Source: Oopsacas minuta (lineage: Eukaryota > Animalia > Porifera). Taken from it: a stretch of 64,000 nucleotides of DNA. Under the pieces are notes generated by a model. The model worked only from the letters and a program-made list of their open reading frames with translations, was not told where the DNA came from and did no database searches. Below are positions 12,526 through 25,249 of the stretch, in pieces. The stretch is taken from assembly GCA_024704765.1 (NCBI GenBank), contig JAKMXF010000111.1:1809627-1873626 (forward strand), given 5' to 3'. Every line of letters starts with the position of its first letter. Position 1 is the stretch's first letter. The position numbers were made by a program, and so were the translations under genes.

Positions 12526-13800
12526 CAGGGTGACCCATAAATACAGTACCAAATATTTATATACCATAGTCTCTTATTATGAATGTTACTAGTACTCGTT
12601 TGATATTGTCTTACTCCAACATGCCTATATATTCATTCTAAATGCATTTTTCATTTCTACTTTAGATATTTTTGTCGTTTGACTACTTTTACCATTGGAG
12701 TCCGAAAGATCAGCTGTTATCCAACTTTTTGAAGCAGGAACGCCAAGAGCCAAATTGTTAGATTGCTCAAAAGAAACAAAATGTTCGTATCTCGCACTCT
12801 GTCCCGCTACAATGATACAGGAAGCATTGCTGACAGCCCTCGAACTGTAAGGACATTTTCTGTGACCAAAAATGTTCCTCAGAGAATCCGCCGAAGAGCA
12901 TCAGAAAGATGACTAAGGAAAAGAATACGAGCAGGGGATCGATGCGTAGACTAGTTCGTAATGATCTATGGATGGAAGGATACAAGTTATGCAAACGCCA
13001 GTTCCTCACTCAGCTAAACAAACAGAAAAGGCTAAAATGATGCAAAGCCATCATATCTCGTTTCACTGATAGACGTCCCAAGCAAATTCTCTTCGCTGAT
13101 GAGAAATTATTCACCAGTAGAATAGGTTATAAGCAAAGAAAACAACAGAATTCTCGCTACTGATAGGAATAGACTACCTCAGGCCATTTCTCGAGTTTCT
13201 AGGACCCAAAAGCCAGCTTCTGTGATGGTAGGGGGACTTCAGATGGTCGGACACCGGTGATTTCTATCTCCCATGGGGTGAAATTAATCAGAAAGTTAAT
13301 CGTAACACAATTCTCGAAGCTGAAGTGAAACCATGGGCCAAAAATCAGTTTGGTAATAGAGAATGGACTTTCCAACAGGATTCTGCTCCTGCCCATAAGG
13401 CTAAAGACACACAGGCTTGGTGCTGAACCAATTTTCCGGGGTTAATTTCATCCGAAGAATTGCCCCCTTGTTCGCCAGATCTCAATCCTCTTGAATTTCA
13501 ATCTGGTCGATGTTGGAGGGCAAGGTTTACTCGAAAAAATACCAGAGTATTGAGAGTTGAAGGGAACCTTGACTGGAGAATGGGAAAGAATTCCTGAGGA
13601 TCACCTACGTGCTAGCATAGACTCGTTCATCAGACGTCTTAGGAGCCTTGCCAGTGCAAAGGGTGGTATATTTGAATGATGAATTATTAATGTTTAAAGT
13701 ATTTGTCAAACAGCGTATAGTGAAAATTTCAAAGCATATGGGACAATATTTTGGTATTTACAGTAAAATCAATGAGTAATAGTATTTATGGGTCACCCTG
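12526..13800 (+). mobile_element. maT-family Tc1/mariner element, degraded
   Basis: TA-flanked TIRs cagggtgacccataaatac / gtatttatgggtcaccctg. Plus-strand remnants FADEKLF, QQDSAPAHKAK and SPDLNPLEF, with many frameshifts. Confidence 0.85.
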
Positions 13801-14054
13801 TATATATCATGAGATGTGGGTAAACTGAAATACAAAACTGTAAAATAATTGCAATTGTATACAACTATGTACTACTTCATAGTATGATTTAAACTGTAAA
13901 AAATCCTATCTTATAACTCGACGGGTTTGGTCGGAATAGATTGTGGAACTATTAAGAGCTACAAATACATTGTCATATGTGTGGGATTTGATTCTAGGAA
14001 CAAGTTCTAAGCGAAAAGATAAAGTGAAATCTCTCAAAAACTCTCAAATAGGAG

Positions 14055-14890
14055 TAGGGCATTAGCAACTTTGATCAAAGAACGTAGGATCCGGATCTAG
14101 ATCCTTTTTTGAGTATAGGAAGAGGATAAGTGGTCCATTTGTAAAAGTAGGATCGGGATCGGATCGATAATATCTGAAAACATCCGGATCCTTCTAAATA
14201 TCTACGTAATAATGCTGCTTCATGCTATATTCTTAATTTTGGATTATTAGCGAGACTAGTTGTTGCTAACTCGAAAGTCCCAACTAAATCCATACTTCTA
14301 ACATTAGCTCAATGATCCTCAATTCAAAAGGAAAATTAGAATAATAAAGCATAGTCGAAACCTGTGTTTCGCGTTTATCAGTTGTTTTAATTATATTTAT
14401 TCTCAGATTGCATATAATTTGGGATATACATATATTCCAATCGGATTATCTTAATACATATGCCTACAAATACCTAGTAAGAAATACCGGTTCGGCAGTA
14501 TGTAGAATCAAAGTTGTTATTACTAAATACTGAAAATATTTAGGTACAGAAGAGTGACTCCAAACCCTACTTTGGATTACTTAAATATCCAATTATAAAA
14601 GGTAACACTTCTTAATATGATGTACCGCGCCCTTGTATACATAAATATATAGATATTCATATTATAACTTATAATCGAGAGTCTAGCTATAGTATTCAAA
14701 ATATTCAACTTTATTTCAAAAAATGGATCATCAATTAGAATATTAGACGATCGTAAATTGGATCGTGATCGGATCGTATATCCTTTTAGAATGTATGATC
14801 GGAACCGGGAACGCCGATCATATTTTCAGCTATGATCGGGATCGTGATCGGGATCCAGAGATCCTATAATTGAGGATCGTCTATTTCCTA
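14055..14890. mobile_element. Non-autonomous hAT-like element with GATCGG-rich subterminal repeats
   Basis: TAGG..CCTA termini and a near-perfect 8-bp TSD (aataggag / aataggaa). Dense ggatc/gatcgg clusters at ~14085-14190 and ~14745-14880. The TIR match is imperfect. Confidence 0.55.
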
Positions 14891-15022
14891 AATAGGAAGA
14901 ATAATGTATTGATCTATAAGATCTGAGGGTTTTCTATATGTAGTTCCTAATGCAAAAATAATTAAAATGGCAGATGAATAAACATGTTATGATGTTTCTG
15001 AATTGAGATTAATGTAGTGCTA

Positions 15023-17088
15023 CAGTAGAAGCTCGCAAACCGGGGCACCTTGGCGTTTCTGAAAAGTGCCCCGGTTTGCGAGCTTCACAATATTTTCAAA
15101 ATGAATTTGGATTATGCTACAGTCTAGATTTCTTTTCACTTAAATAGACATGACTACATTTTTAATAGATTATTTCAACCAATATCTATTTTGCTAGTCA
15201 ATTAATGGTAATATAGTCGAATATTCGAACCAATATTGGGCTTACTTATGATCGCTGGCGAAGTAGTCACTAATTTGGGACTGTTTTTGTTCTTGGGTGT
15301 GTCTTGCAGCTACTACCAACAAGTAGTTTTCAAGCTTAAATTTTCCCCCAAGAACTTCCTCATCACCACAACCCAAGGCATACATCTGAAGCACTTGAAT
15401 TGCTTCTAGTGCGGATTTTGAAGTCGGGATAGGAAAAGCTTCAGACAAATCACCCTCAGACTTGCATTCAATTCCACAATCTATGTCATGGACGTTTAAC
15501 CTTGGGTCTCATTAATTAATGCTTCCTCCAAGAGCCCTTCAGGACTGATTACAGAGGGGAAAAATCCCGCATTCGTCATTTTCTTCTATCTGAATTTGAA
15601 TCTCCTCTGGATTTATGATCATGGATAGCTCGAGGACGACAGTCGCAACTCCAAACCCGCACTTTGAAAACCATTTGGAGATCGTTCGGGCATTGCCTTG
15701 ATTCCAGGCTCGAGATGCCCAAACTATAGCAAGGGCTATTGCAATCATTTGTAAGGGTCATCGTTGGGTTTATTTATGGTGTCAATATTCACCATATGTG
15801 TCAATAGATGCTCATGCACCTGTTTACGATATAGCAATTTGAGAGACTGGATAAACCGGCATATAATGGTTGAGTACAACTCGTGATGTTGCAAGGGAAA
15901 TATACGAGTTGCACTGCCTTTAAACTAAGCTCATCAGAGGCTTTGTGGACACTTGCATTGTCCATGAACATTAGGATTTTCCTACCTGATTTGTACATTC
16001 TGTTGTCGAAGTCCTTCATCCAAGAGCAAAATATAAGACCAGTCATCCATGCCTTCCTCTGAGCCTTGTACACAACAGGTAATTTGGACATGTCTGCACC
16101 TTTCAAAGCCCTTAGTTTCTCGCTCTTCCATATCAAGAGTAGTTTCTCTTTTTCACCAAGCATGAATGTACAGACCATGAGAGTGAGGCGAGATTGTCCT
16201 GTTTAATACCATGAGCGGTATCTTTAGGAAGAACAAGGGACTTGGTGGTTGTTGCCCTGAAATATAACCCAGTTTCATCTAGGTTATAGATATCTTCCGG
16301 CTTATAAGACCCAATAATCCTAGGCAAGTCCTCTTCCCAATTCTTGAGAACCACCTTTTCAACATCTGCTGCATCACCGCTAAGTGCTCTTCCGCAGATT
16401 CCATGACGCGCCTTCATTCTAGAAAGCCATCCCTCTGAAGCCTTAAATCCCTCCACTCCATTTGCACTAGCTTCTCTCTCAGCTAGGATACGAAGCATAG
16501 GGCCAGGTACGGCCATTCCTCGATCTCGTGCTAATTTCAGGAATTCAATAACAGCAGTCTCGATATCTTCGTACATGGGAACAACAACAGGGTGCTTTCG
16601 TTTCCTGATGTTCTCAGGGATTTCACCTGTTTCGTCTATATGTAACTGAATGGCCACGCGAATAGATTTGATACGGTTAATTGTTCCTTTACCCACATTG
16701 AAGAATTCAGCCACTATACGCTCACTCTTGCCATCATCCAACATCCTAAGAGCATTGTGTCGTTGTTCGATGGTTAGGGCAGACTTGTGTGAAGATTTGA
16801 TAGTAGACATGTAGTTTTTATAGTAAAAATGAAAACTAGGCAGTTAATAAAATTTGGTTGTTCTCTGTTCAACGATTTGTTGTCCAGAATTGATTGGCTA
16901 CAATTTATACAGCTTAGTGCATCCTAAGGGCTGGATACAATGAAGACTAAGGGCACAGATACAATGGAAACAAGGCGCCCGGTTTGCGAGCTTTGCCCCG
17001 GTTTGGGAGAGAAATTTAGGTGGGAAAAACCAAAATTGATGGAAGGTGCCCCGGTTTGGGAGGTGCCCCGGTTTGCGAGCTTCTACTG
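15023..17088 (-). mobile_element. pogo/Tigger element (psq HTH + CENP-B HTH + DDE_1), frameshifted
   Basis: TA-flanked TIRs cagtagaagctcgcaaaccggggcacct, with repeated subterminal gccccggttt motifs. ORF 16133-16810 has ALTIEQR.., FKASEGWLSRMKARHGI and IYNLDETGLYFR. ORF 15801-16178 has ILMFMDNASVH..YFPCNITSCTQP. Confidence 0.9.
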
Positions 17089-17763
17089 TAGCCGGTTATC
17101 ATTATATTGAGTCGGTTTGATAGGCGATATGTACGTATACTCAACGATAATTAATTGATTAAGAATACAAAAGGATCCAAATGTGCCTGCTGCTTACGTG
17201 AAGTGTTTGCAGTTCGCGAAGCAAAGGCAAGTGAAACTTGCTTGTTGTAAGCATAAAGGGCGGAAGTACGAAATACGGAAAGTTAGCTATTGTTTTTCAA
17301 AAGGGTAGATTTTTAAATATACTGAACTTGACGTATCAAACTCCAGTTTTGTGCAGCTATGATAAATTACCGTAATATTTCCGAACTACGAATCAATATA
17401 TAACTGGTTCTTCATAAGGTAGTTTGCTAGCTTTTCAAAATTCAACCCAAAGATTATGGCTTTTTGGCTACATTCGCGGGTCAGTGGGTTCGATTCTCAA
17501 ATGCTTTTCACTTGGGAGCTATGTATTTCTCATCGGTATTACAGATTTACACAAATAGTAGAAAAACTGGAGCGATCAGGTTGGAGAAAATAGTGAAAAT
17601 ATCAAATTTTAGCCCATATTTTCTAATATTTTCCTGATATTATCCCCATATTTCCTGTATTTTCTGTTAATAATCGGGCGACTTTAGAGACCATAAGATT
17701 TTTTGCAAATTTTACTCAAAAGTGATATTGCGTTTTGCAGTGTAATATATCTGTCGGAATTTA

Positions 17764-20700
17764 CAGTCTGTCAAGATGAAATTGAGACTTTCGTGTAATT
17801 GTGTATATTTTCAGAATTTTTTCATTTGCTATGGCTAGATATGAAACACATTTGTTTTCTGATTCATTTATACATGTATATCAAGTTACAATTAGTTAAT
17901 TGATTCTAGAATACACGAACAACCTATTAGTCTGTCACTTAGGATACACATTCCCGAAAATATCTGCTATATTCCCATAGACGGCTCCAATATCAGTTTT
18001 TGGCTTATATTTGTCTTTTGTGTCGAAATACGTAATCAGTATGGTGGAGTTAGAACGGAGGGACCTCATCCGCAAATTCTTCGATGCGGGGGGTAACAAG
18101 TGGTAGCGAAATACATCAGCGAACAGCTACCCCGAGGAGCACTGTTTTCCGCATATTAGCCAAATTTCGTCAGGGCGGTGATATACAGAGGAAATCTGGA
18201 ACCGGAAAACAGAGAATATTACATGTGAACGATGTTAGATCTCTTCTAAGCTTGGCAAATCAGAATCGCCAGATGTCCATACGAAAATGGCCAGTCGATT
18301 TCAATCATCTTCGTCAGAAAAATTTATCTCATGAAACGGTCAGGAAGGAATTACAGAGGAGAGGGTACACCCACAAGGTTGTAAGGAGTATTCCTATACT
18401 AACGGATCCACACAAACAACAAAGAGTATTGTGGGCTAAGAATAACAAACACACTGACTGGGAGCGAGTTGTTTTTAGCGATGAGATGTCTATTTGGCTA
18501 GCTGGTGGCAGAATAAGGCTGTGGTGCAAAGGAGACCAACTAGCGGTCAAGCAAAGCAACAAACATAGTCCAAAATTATATGATTGGGGAGCAATTTCTG
18601 CTCATGGGACCTTTCCGTTGCAGGTTTTTAGGCAGAACCTCACCGGAGAATTCTATAGGAACATCCTAAACGAGTGTCTGATTACACAAGCTCAGGTATT
18701 GTACCCTGACGGCTGGTCTTTCAGGAAGACAACGATCCAAAGCACACGTCAAAGCTTTGCTAAGACTTTCCGTGAAAGTCATGATACATTTCGTATGGAA
18801 TGGCTTGCTTGTAGCCCAGATCTAAACCTGATCAAAATTTGTGGGCTTGGGTCAAACATCAGATCGATTTGAACCATCCTCGTAATATTAGTGGACTTGA
18901 GAAACCCTTCTCTCTATTTGGGATTCTATAGAACCCGAATTTTTGCAACCTTATTGGCAATCTATGCCAAAACGTCAGAAGTTAGTGATCCAGGGTAATG
19001 GCTTTAAGATTAAATATTAGTCTAAAGACACGTTTTAATAAATCAACTCGTATTTCAAGGCTTGTGATCAGGTTTGGACAGGGTCACGAATAAACCGGGT
19101 CATCGGGTCAATGGGTCACTATTTTCAATAAATTACCGGGTCTGAACCGGGTCACTGATTTTGATTTGACCCGGTTTACATCTTTATAGATAATTAAATT
19201 ATAACGGTTTGTAAATCATAAAGATTCAGTCAATATTAGTTAGACGTTTCATTTTCATGAATCATTAGTATTTTACTAACTTGTTTGGTATCATTACTAC
19301 TGTATACCTATATACATATATCCTCTTATGTACGTATATAGATATGTAGTATACTTTTGTATGTTTAGAGATGGATTGTGCTGATATTAGTAAGAAAGTT
19401 GAAAATGAGATTTATACCTTGAGTAAAATCTTCCACACATTTGAACATAAGTACTTGTTGGAAATATTTTCAGAAGTTTTGAACGATAACGGAAACATTG
19501 TCTTTGGAGTAGCATGCTGTAACCATTGTCTCAAATTCATTATTTATAAAATGAAAATGGATAGTGGTAAGATTATTGATTCTGGAACAAAGAATTTGAA
19601 TGATCACACACGACATTGTAGTCAGATGAATCATCATCCTCACAGGTTAGAATCACGTCTCTTCTTAATAGAAGTTCTAAGGATATTATAAATAAACAGG
19701 ATGCTCAAAAAATTCTTATCTCTAGTAGAAATTTCGTTGCAGGGGCATTTTGTCATTTAATACCATTGGAAATCCACAATTCATCCATTTCTCTCAAGAA
19801 ATGATCAGAATTGGTGCAAAATATGGTAATGTGAGTGCTTCTAATATACTTCCTGGACGAAAGGCTATATCAAAATCAACAGTTGAACAGATCATTACTA
19901 TCAAACAAGATATTTGTTATAGACTCCAAGATCCAATTCAGAGGGATGCTGTTGCTTTCACAACAGATCTTTGGACAGATAATGTTATGAATCGTAGTTA
20001 CCTAGATGTTTCCTTTTTCTGGATTTCACAGGGTACGGATGAGAGTGATATTGGTATAGAATTATGGGGCCTCAAACGCGCTATGTATGCTTGCAAAGTT
20101 TCCCAAATCAAAAACCTCTGAAAATATTGAGTTTGAACAAGATCAAATTTTAACAGAAGCATATTGTGATCCTGCTAATACTCCTGTTACAACAGACAAG
20201 GGAGCAAATATGGTGGCTGCTACTGCACAAAAGATTAGGATAGATTGTGGCTGTCACAGAATTAATACCGCGATTAAAACTGGATGGGAACGAGCTATGA
20301 TGGAAAATGAGGAACTCGACCAGCTTCATGATGACGTTAATAAGGCAGTTACATTTGCAAAAAAATCATCTGGAATTCTATCGGAACTACCTATATCACT
20401 GAAAAAAGGTGGTAAGATAAGGCCATGGAGAAGTCTTTACTCAATGTTTAACTCGATTTTGCAGTCATATGGAAAGTTATTAAACATATTAACAGAGAAG
20501 AATAAGGCTTACATTGTTGCGGAATAGACTTGAATCTTTTGGCTATCGTCACGAAGTTTTTTGAAAAACTTAATCGTATATTCGATATCCTCGAATTTGG
20601 ATCTATAGCTAGTATTCAGAATTAGGCACCTTCATATTATGCTCTTCAAAATGCTTGGGAAATAGAAACAGATGATGAGCCATTAACACGTATTCTGAAA

Positions 20701-21783
20701 CGAATAATGACAGAAGAACTTGTACAAAAGGTGTGGACATCTCTAAATTCTATCCATTTTATTGCAACTTACCTCGATCCTACACTAAAATCATTTCTAT
20801 TCGTGAAGAATAAACAAGATCGCATCATTTTCCTTAAAACTGCAAGAGAAGGTATTACACTTGCATTTAAAGAGAAATTAATTCCTCCCCCACAATTCCA
20901 AATTCAGGAAAATCAGGTAGATGAATCTCTTCTGCCATCAGCTCCTAAATGTAACAGATTAGATCCACTTTTATGCTTTAGGAACTGTAGTGCTACAGTT
21001 TCAACTAACAATTATACGAATTGGAATGAAGAAAATTTGAGATCAGAATTAACAGACTATGAAAAGATCATTTCCATCCAATATGATGAAGATATCTTTG
21101 ATCCTATAAAGTGGTGGGGGAAACACAGTTGCAGATTCCCAATTACCAGTTTCCTGTTACAGTCATTTTTAGTAATTCAGGCTAGTTCGGCTGAATCGGA
21201 ACACCACTTTAGTTCTGCCGGTCGAGTTACGAGGAAAGATCGGGCAAAATTGAATCCAGATACAGTGGAGGGGTTAGTTCTTCTTAATGATGCATTGAAA
21301 AAGAAGATAATATGACAGACTTCACCTAGTATATCTCCAATTATATTACTAATCTTTATCTCCATTAATCATAATTATCATTTGTTCGAGCGTTACTTAA
21401 ATATAGTAAATTTCATATAGCAAATCAGAACATATTTTCAAGACTTCTGGAACAAAAATATGGTGCTAACAGAAAACACTAGGGCCCCAGCTGCTATATA
21501 TCCCAACTTTAACTATTAGGACCCTAGGCAAGATTTAAAACACTATGCCTTGTTCAGACTTATCAACCCCTTCTACAAATTTCCCTGGATTTAATTACCA
21601 AATCCCTGGATATTAAAACTTAGTAAAATCTAATCGTTATCAAATCGCATGAATATAGAAATTAATGTTTTGAAAAACCGGGCCACCGGCTCAGGAAATC
21701 ATGACCCGGTCCAAGCCTGCTTGTGATGATTATCTTTAGAAACTTAGGTCAAAACATAGTCTCAATTTCATCTTGACACACTA
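17764..21783 (+). mobile_element. Tc1 (DD34E-type) element interrupted downstream of its ORF by a hAT insertion
   Basis: TA-flanked TIRs cagtctgtcaagatgaaattgagact / agtctcaatttcatcttgacacacta. Transposase remnant 18041-19020 contains VVFSDEM, FQEDNDPKHTSK (shifted frame) and SPDLN. Confidence 0.85.
19069..21719 (+). mobile_element. hAT (Ac/Hermes-like) element with BED finger and hATC domain, frameshifted
   Basis: TIRs cagg(t/c)ttggac(a/c)gggtca and a perfect 8-bp TSD CTTGTGAT (19061-19068, 21720-21727). ORFs 19371-21315 contain CCNHC..LNDHTRHC, AFTTDLWTD, TTDKGANM, CGCHRIN and SSAESEHHFSSAG. Confidence 0.92.
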
Positions 21784-21864
21784 TACGTATTAAAAATATG
21801 TAAAATATTTTCTGAAAGTTGGAGAACCTCGATAAATGACTGAAAACATACTGTCATACTTGTA

Positions 21865-23169
21865 CAAGGGTTGTTGAATAAGTAATGAGACTAATGTATC
21901 GAATTCATATTTAGTCAATACAGCTCTAAGCCTATTATCAGATTACAAGCCTAATTTGATTGTCTAACTTCTATACAATATACTCTTTACTTACTAGCAT
22001 ATTCTTCAATATAAATTTTCATTTGTATAGGCTACCTTTTTCAACTAATGGATTTTAGCAAAGAAGGAAAATGACATAATTTGGTACCTGTGGAAAAAAG
22101 GAAGACTGGCTCATACATTCTTCGTCAAATGCAGGATATTTTCGGTGATGAATGTCCTTCGAGGGCCACCATATATAGATGAATCGAACGTTTTGATAAT
22201 GGCGATGTGGACCTCCACGATGACCCTCGTCCAGGTCGTCCGACTTCCTCAAACCCCGCAGTAATATCGAGAGGGTCCAAACCATTTTAGACGAGGACAG
22301 ACGAATACCCTGCGAGAGTTAGAAGAGAGGGTAGGTATATCAAAAGTCACACTAGACTCGATTATCACTAAAGATCTAGAAATGTGGAAGGTAACTGCGC
22401 GTTGGGTTCCAAAACTTCTTTCAAAAGAACAAAAACACGAAAGGGTCAGAGTTAGCAAAGAATTACTTTCAAGATACAAGGCAGAAGGAGACTTTTTGGA
22501 TCGTATAGTAACGGGGGATGAAACTTGGTTTCATTATTATGAACCAGAGAGTAAAACTCAATCGAAGCAGTGGAAGAGACGTGATGAACTTGTGGCCATC
22601 AAGGTAAAGGCCGCAATATATGCAGGGAAGAGAATGGCAACAGCATTTTGGGATAGAGAAGGAATCATACACCTCGACTGGTTACCTGAGAAGACCACCA
22701 TAAACAGTGATTATCACGTTGACGAATTGAAGAATTGCGTCAAGCGATTAAACATGAGAGGCTTGGCAGGTTGACATGTGGCGTATTGCTGCAACATGAC
22801 AACGCAAGACCCCATGTAAGCTCCAAGACAATGGCTGCAATTGAAGACTTAGGATTCGAATGCCTCCCTCATCCCCCGTATAGTCCAGACCTGGCTCCCA
22901 GCGACTACTGGCTCTTTGGAGAGATGAAGAGACCCCTTCGAGGGAAGAGATTTGAGGATTTCAAATGACTGGAGTAGGAAATAAAACAGTGGGAAAAAGG
23001 GCCCTAAAGAATTCTGTACCACTGGGCTGGAAAAGTTACCAGAACGATGAAAACTATGTATAAGGTTCAAGGGTGAAATTATCGAAACTTTTGATAATCA
23101 ATTATGTCAAGTATAGGTTCACTATATAAATAATGAAAATACGTCTCAGTATTTATTGAACAACCATTG
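21865..23169 (+). mobile_element. mariner (DD34D) element, pseudogenised
   Basis: TA-flanked imperfect ~28-bp TIRs caagggttgttgaataagtaatgagac. Motifs RWVPK, TGDETW, HDNARPH and HPPYSPDLAPSDY, with D-34-D spacing. Confidence 0.9.
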
Positions 23170-23402
23170 TATAATCAATTAGATAAATAAATTTTAAGTG
23201 AAAATTTGTGAGATGTTAATTACTGCAAAAATATTCGCTATTTTATGTAATAACTATATGTTGTACAAATATAGGAGCCCTAATATTTTTCAAATTTCGC
23301 AAGATATTTGCAACCCTAGTCAAACTTTCCTCCTTCCCCCACTGTACAAGAGATGTTTTCCGCCACTCCCTACAAATAATGGTCTTCTTTCTCACTTATA
23401 TA

Positions 23403-23567
23403 CAATGGAATCTCGTTAATTCCACGCCAACGGACGATCAAAGTTTGTTTGCCTTATCCGAGGTAAATCAATTGAAAATCTATTGTAGGGTCGTGAATTT
23501 GTGGAATATTTCTTCACCTTATCTGGAAATTCGTCTTAACCGTATTCGTTACAACGAGAACCTACTG
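23403..23567. mobile_element. Tigger-like MITE, ~165 bp
   Basis: TA-flanked imperfect TIRs caatggaatctcgtt / aacgagaacctactg. Confidence 0.5.
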
Positions 23568-23902
23568 TATATTTTTGGCCATTTTTTGCCTGCCCAATAC
23601 ATATTCCATAACAGAATCGTATATGTTATCAATGACCTGTTGGATATGGCTTTCAGTAGTTGTAATATGAGGTACGTTACTAGAACTACTGGGAATAACC
23701 TCCTTGATAGTGCATGCGGTTGGTAAAGCAGAAATATTACTAAACGGATTCAAGTTGTCGAGTATCACATAGTGATACATAAGGAATGGGGAAACGTTCA
23801 CCATATAATACGAACTAATTGACAAGTCTAATTCTATTGATATGTTCTTATTCACTTGAATCTTTCAATTATCGATACGAGGACGCATAAATAGAAATGT
23901 TA

Positions 23903-24383
23903 CACTGGAGTCTCCCAAAACGGACACTCGAGATGCGGATAACCCCCTACATCGGACAAACCTCGTGGCACGAATTGAATTTGCCAAGCATGTAATACTT
24001 AAGCAGTCTCCGAGGAGTGGACAACTCCGAATTCCGAACAACGGACAGGGAACTGGCCCAGAATGGTGTGTCTTAATGCAAAATTATCTCCCAAGAACGG
24101 ACAAGCAGAAACTGCAGCCCATAATTTTCATAGATATCACAACATTTACATGATAATATGAGTGCTATACAATTCTCATGTCTTTCAAGTCTTTCAACAA
24201 TTCTTTCATCTTGTCAATGTAAACTTTGGGTCCATAAAGGAGGTACACACATGGGAGTTCTAGTCCGTAACCTGCTTCTCTGATTTCTTTCTCCCCCGTA
24301 ACCTCAGCAAATCCTTTATTTACTTCTCTTCTCATGAATTGTGAAAGTTGAGGATGTTTTGAAGTAGCTATGGGCATTGGCAC
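23903..24383 (-). mobile_element. pogo-like element end with GGACA subterminal repeats and a HIRAN-like ORF fragment
   Basis: TA+cactggagtctcccaaaacggacac terminus and repeated cggaca motifs at 23920-24105. ORF 24165-24383 reads FAEVTGEKEIREAGYGLELPCVYLLYGP. Confidence 0.5.
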
Positions 24384-24399
24384 CCCAATTGATGCTATA

Positions 24400-25249
24400 G
24401 CTTGTCTACACTTGTCAATTAGTAGACAAATTTATCTTCCTGACTTATTTGCGCACCCCATTATAATATATATAGAGTATAAAGCAATGCCAATATGCTT
24501 ACGTTACTCATCAGTCATCTCTCTATATTATATTTATTCTTATCACTGTATGTATAATAAAACTTGTGACTTCTCCCGTAACTATTCAACTTTGATAGAT
24601 GTATAACGGTTTTCAAAATGATACATATTAAGTGTTTGGAAAAATGTTGGACCAGTCTGCGAGAAGCGGACAATTCTCTACAACTGACATAAGCCATGTC
24701 ACTAACGTATCCATTATTCGGAGACTCCCCGTATTTGTTAGGATACCAAGTAGACTAATATTATCAACTGAAAGAAAAGGTAACTTAGATAATATATCTG
24801 GAAACTGTGAATTTTGAACTTCTCCTCTCTTCTACTCCTGACTCTAGGCTCAGTGAAACAGCTCTTTTGAGAAGTTTGTCATCCTTGTCCTCTAGAGAGA
24901 GATGGCTGCGTTTGGCGGAGGAGTGAGTTGGATAGTAAGAAGAACATCCTGGTAATATAGTCGATATGGCTCGATCTTTCAACTTTGGACGGGTACGGGG
25001 TCGCAGCCGTCCAAAAATTGGGTAAGTTGCGTCTCCATTTGGAAATTTGTATGTGGCCGCGAGTTCATCCTCTCGAAAATGTTTGGACCACACGTACATA
25101 ACTTTCAGTTCGTTGATTTCATCTCTGTGTGGAGATCGTTGCTAAGCATGTCTCAGTTCATTAGGTTCCTATGGAATCATGAATACAGTTATTCTGTCTT
25201 TCGGGTTATAGATTCTTGTACAACCTTGTGCCGAACACGTGTTGAGCAT
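24400..25249 (-). pseudogene. THAP-domain P-element-like transposase remnant
   Basis: Reconstructed MLNTCSAQGC..TVFMIP*EP..HA*QRS..MYVWSKHF..KLKDRAISTILPG matches the THAP C2CH/P/W/F/AVPT pattern with substitutions. Downstream coding sequence is decayed. Confidence 0.7.

Noticed and set aside
23562-23855. 97-aa ORF as a host exon
   Set aside because: No recognisable motif or convincing splice context, and it overlaps a MITE.
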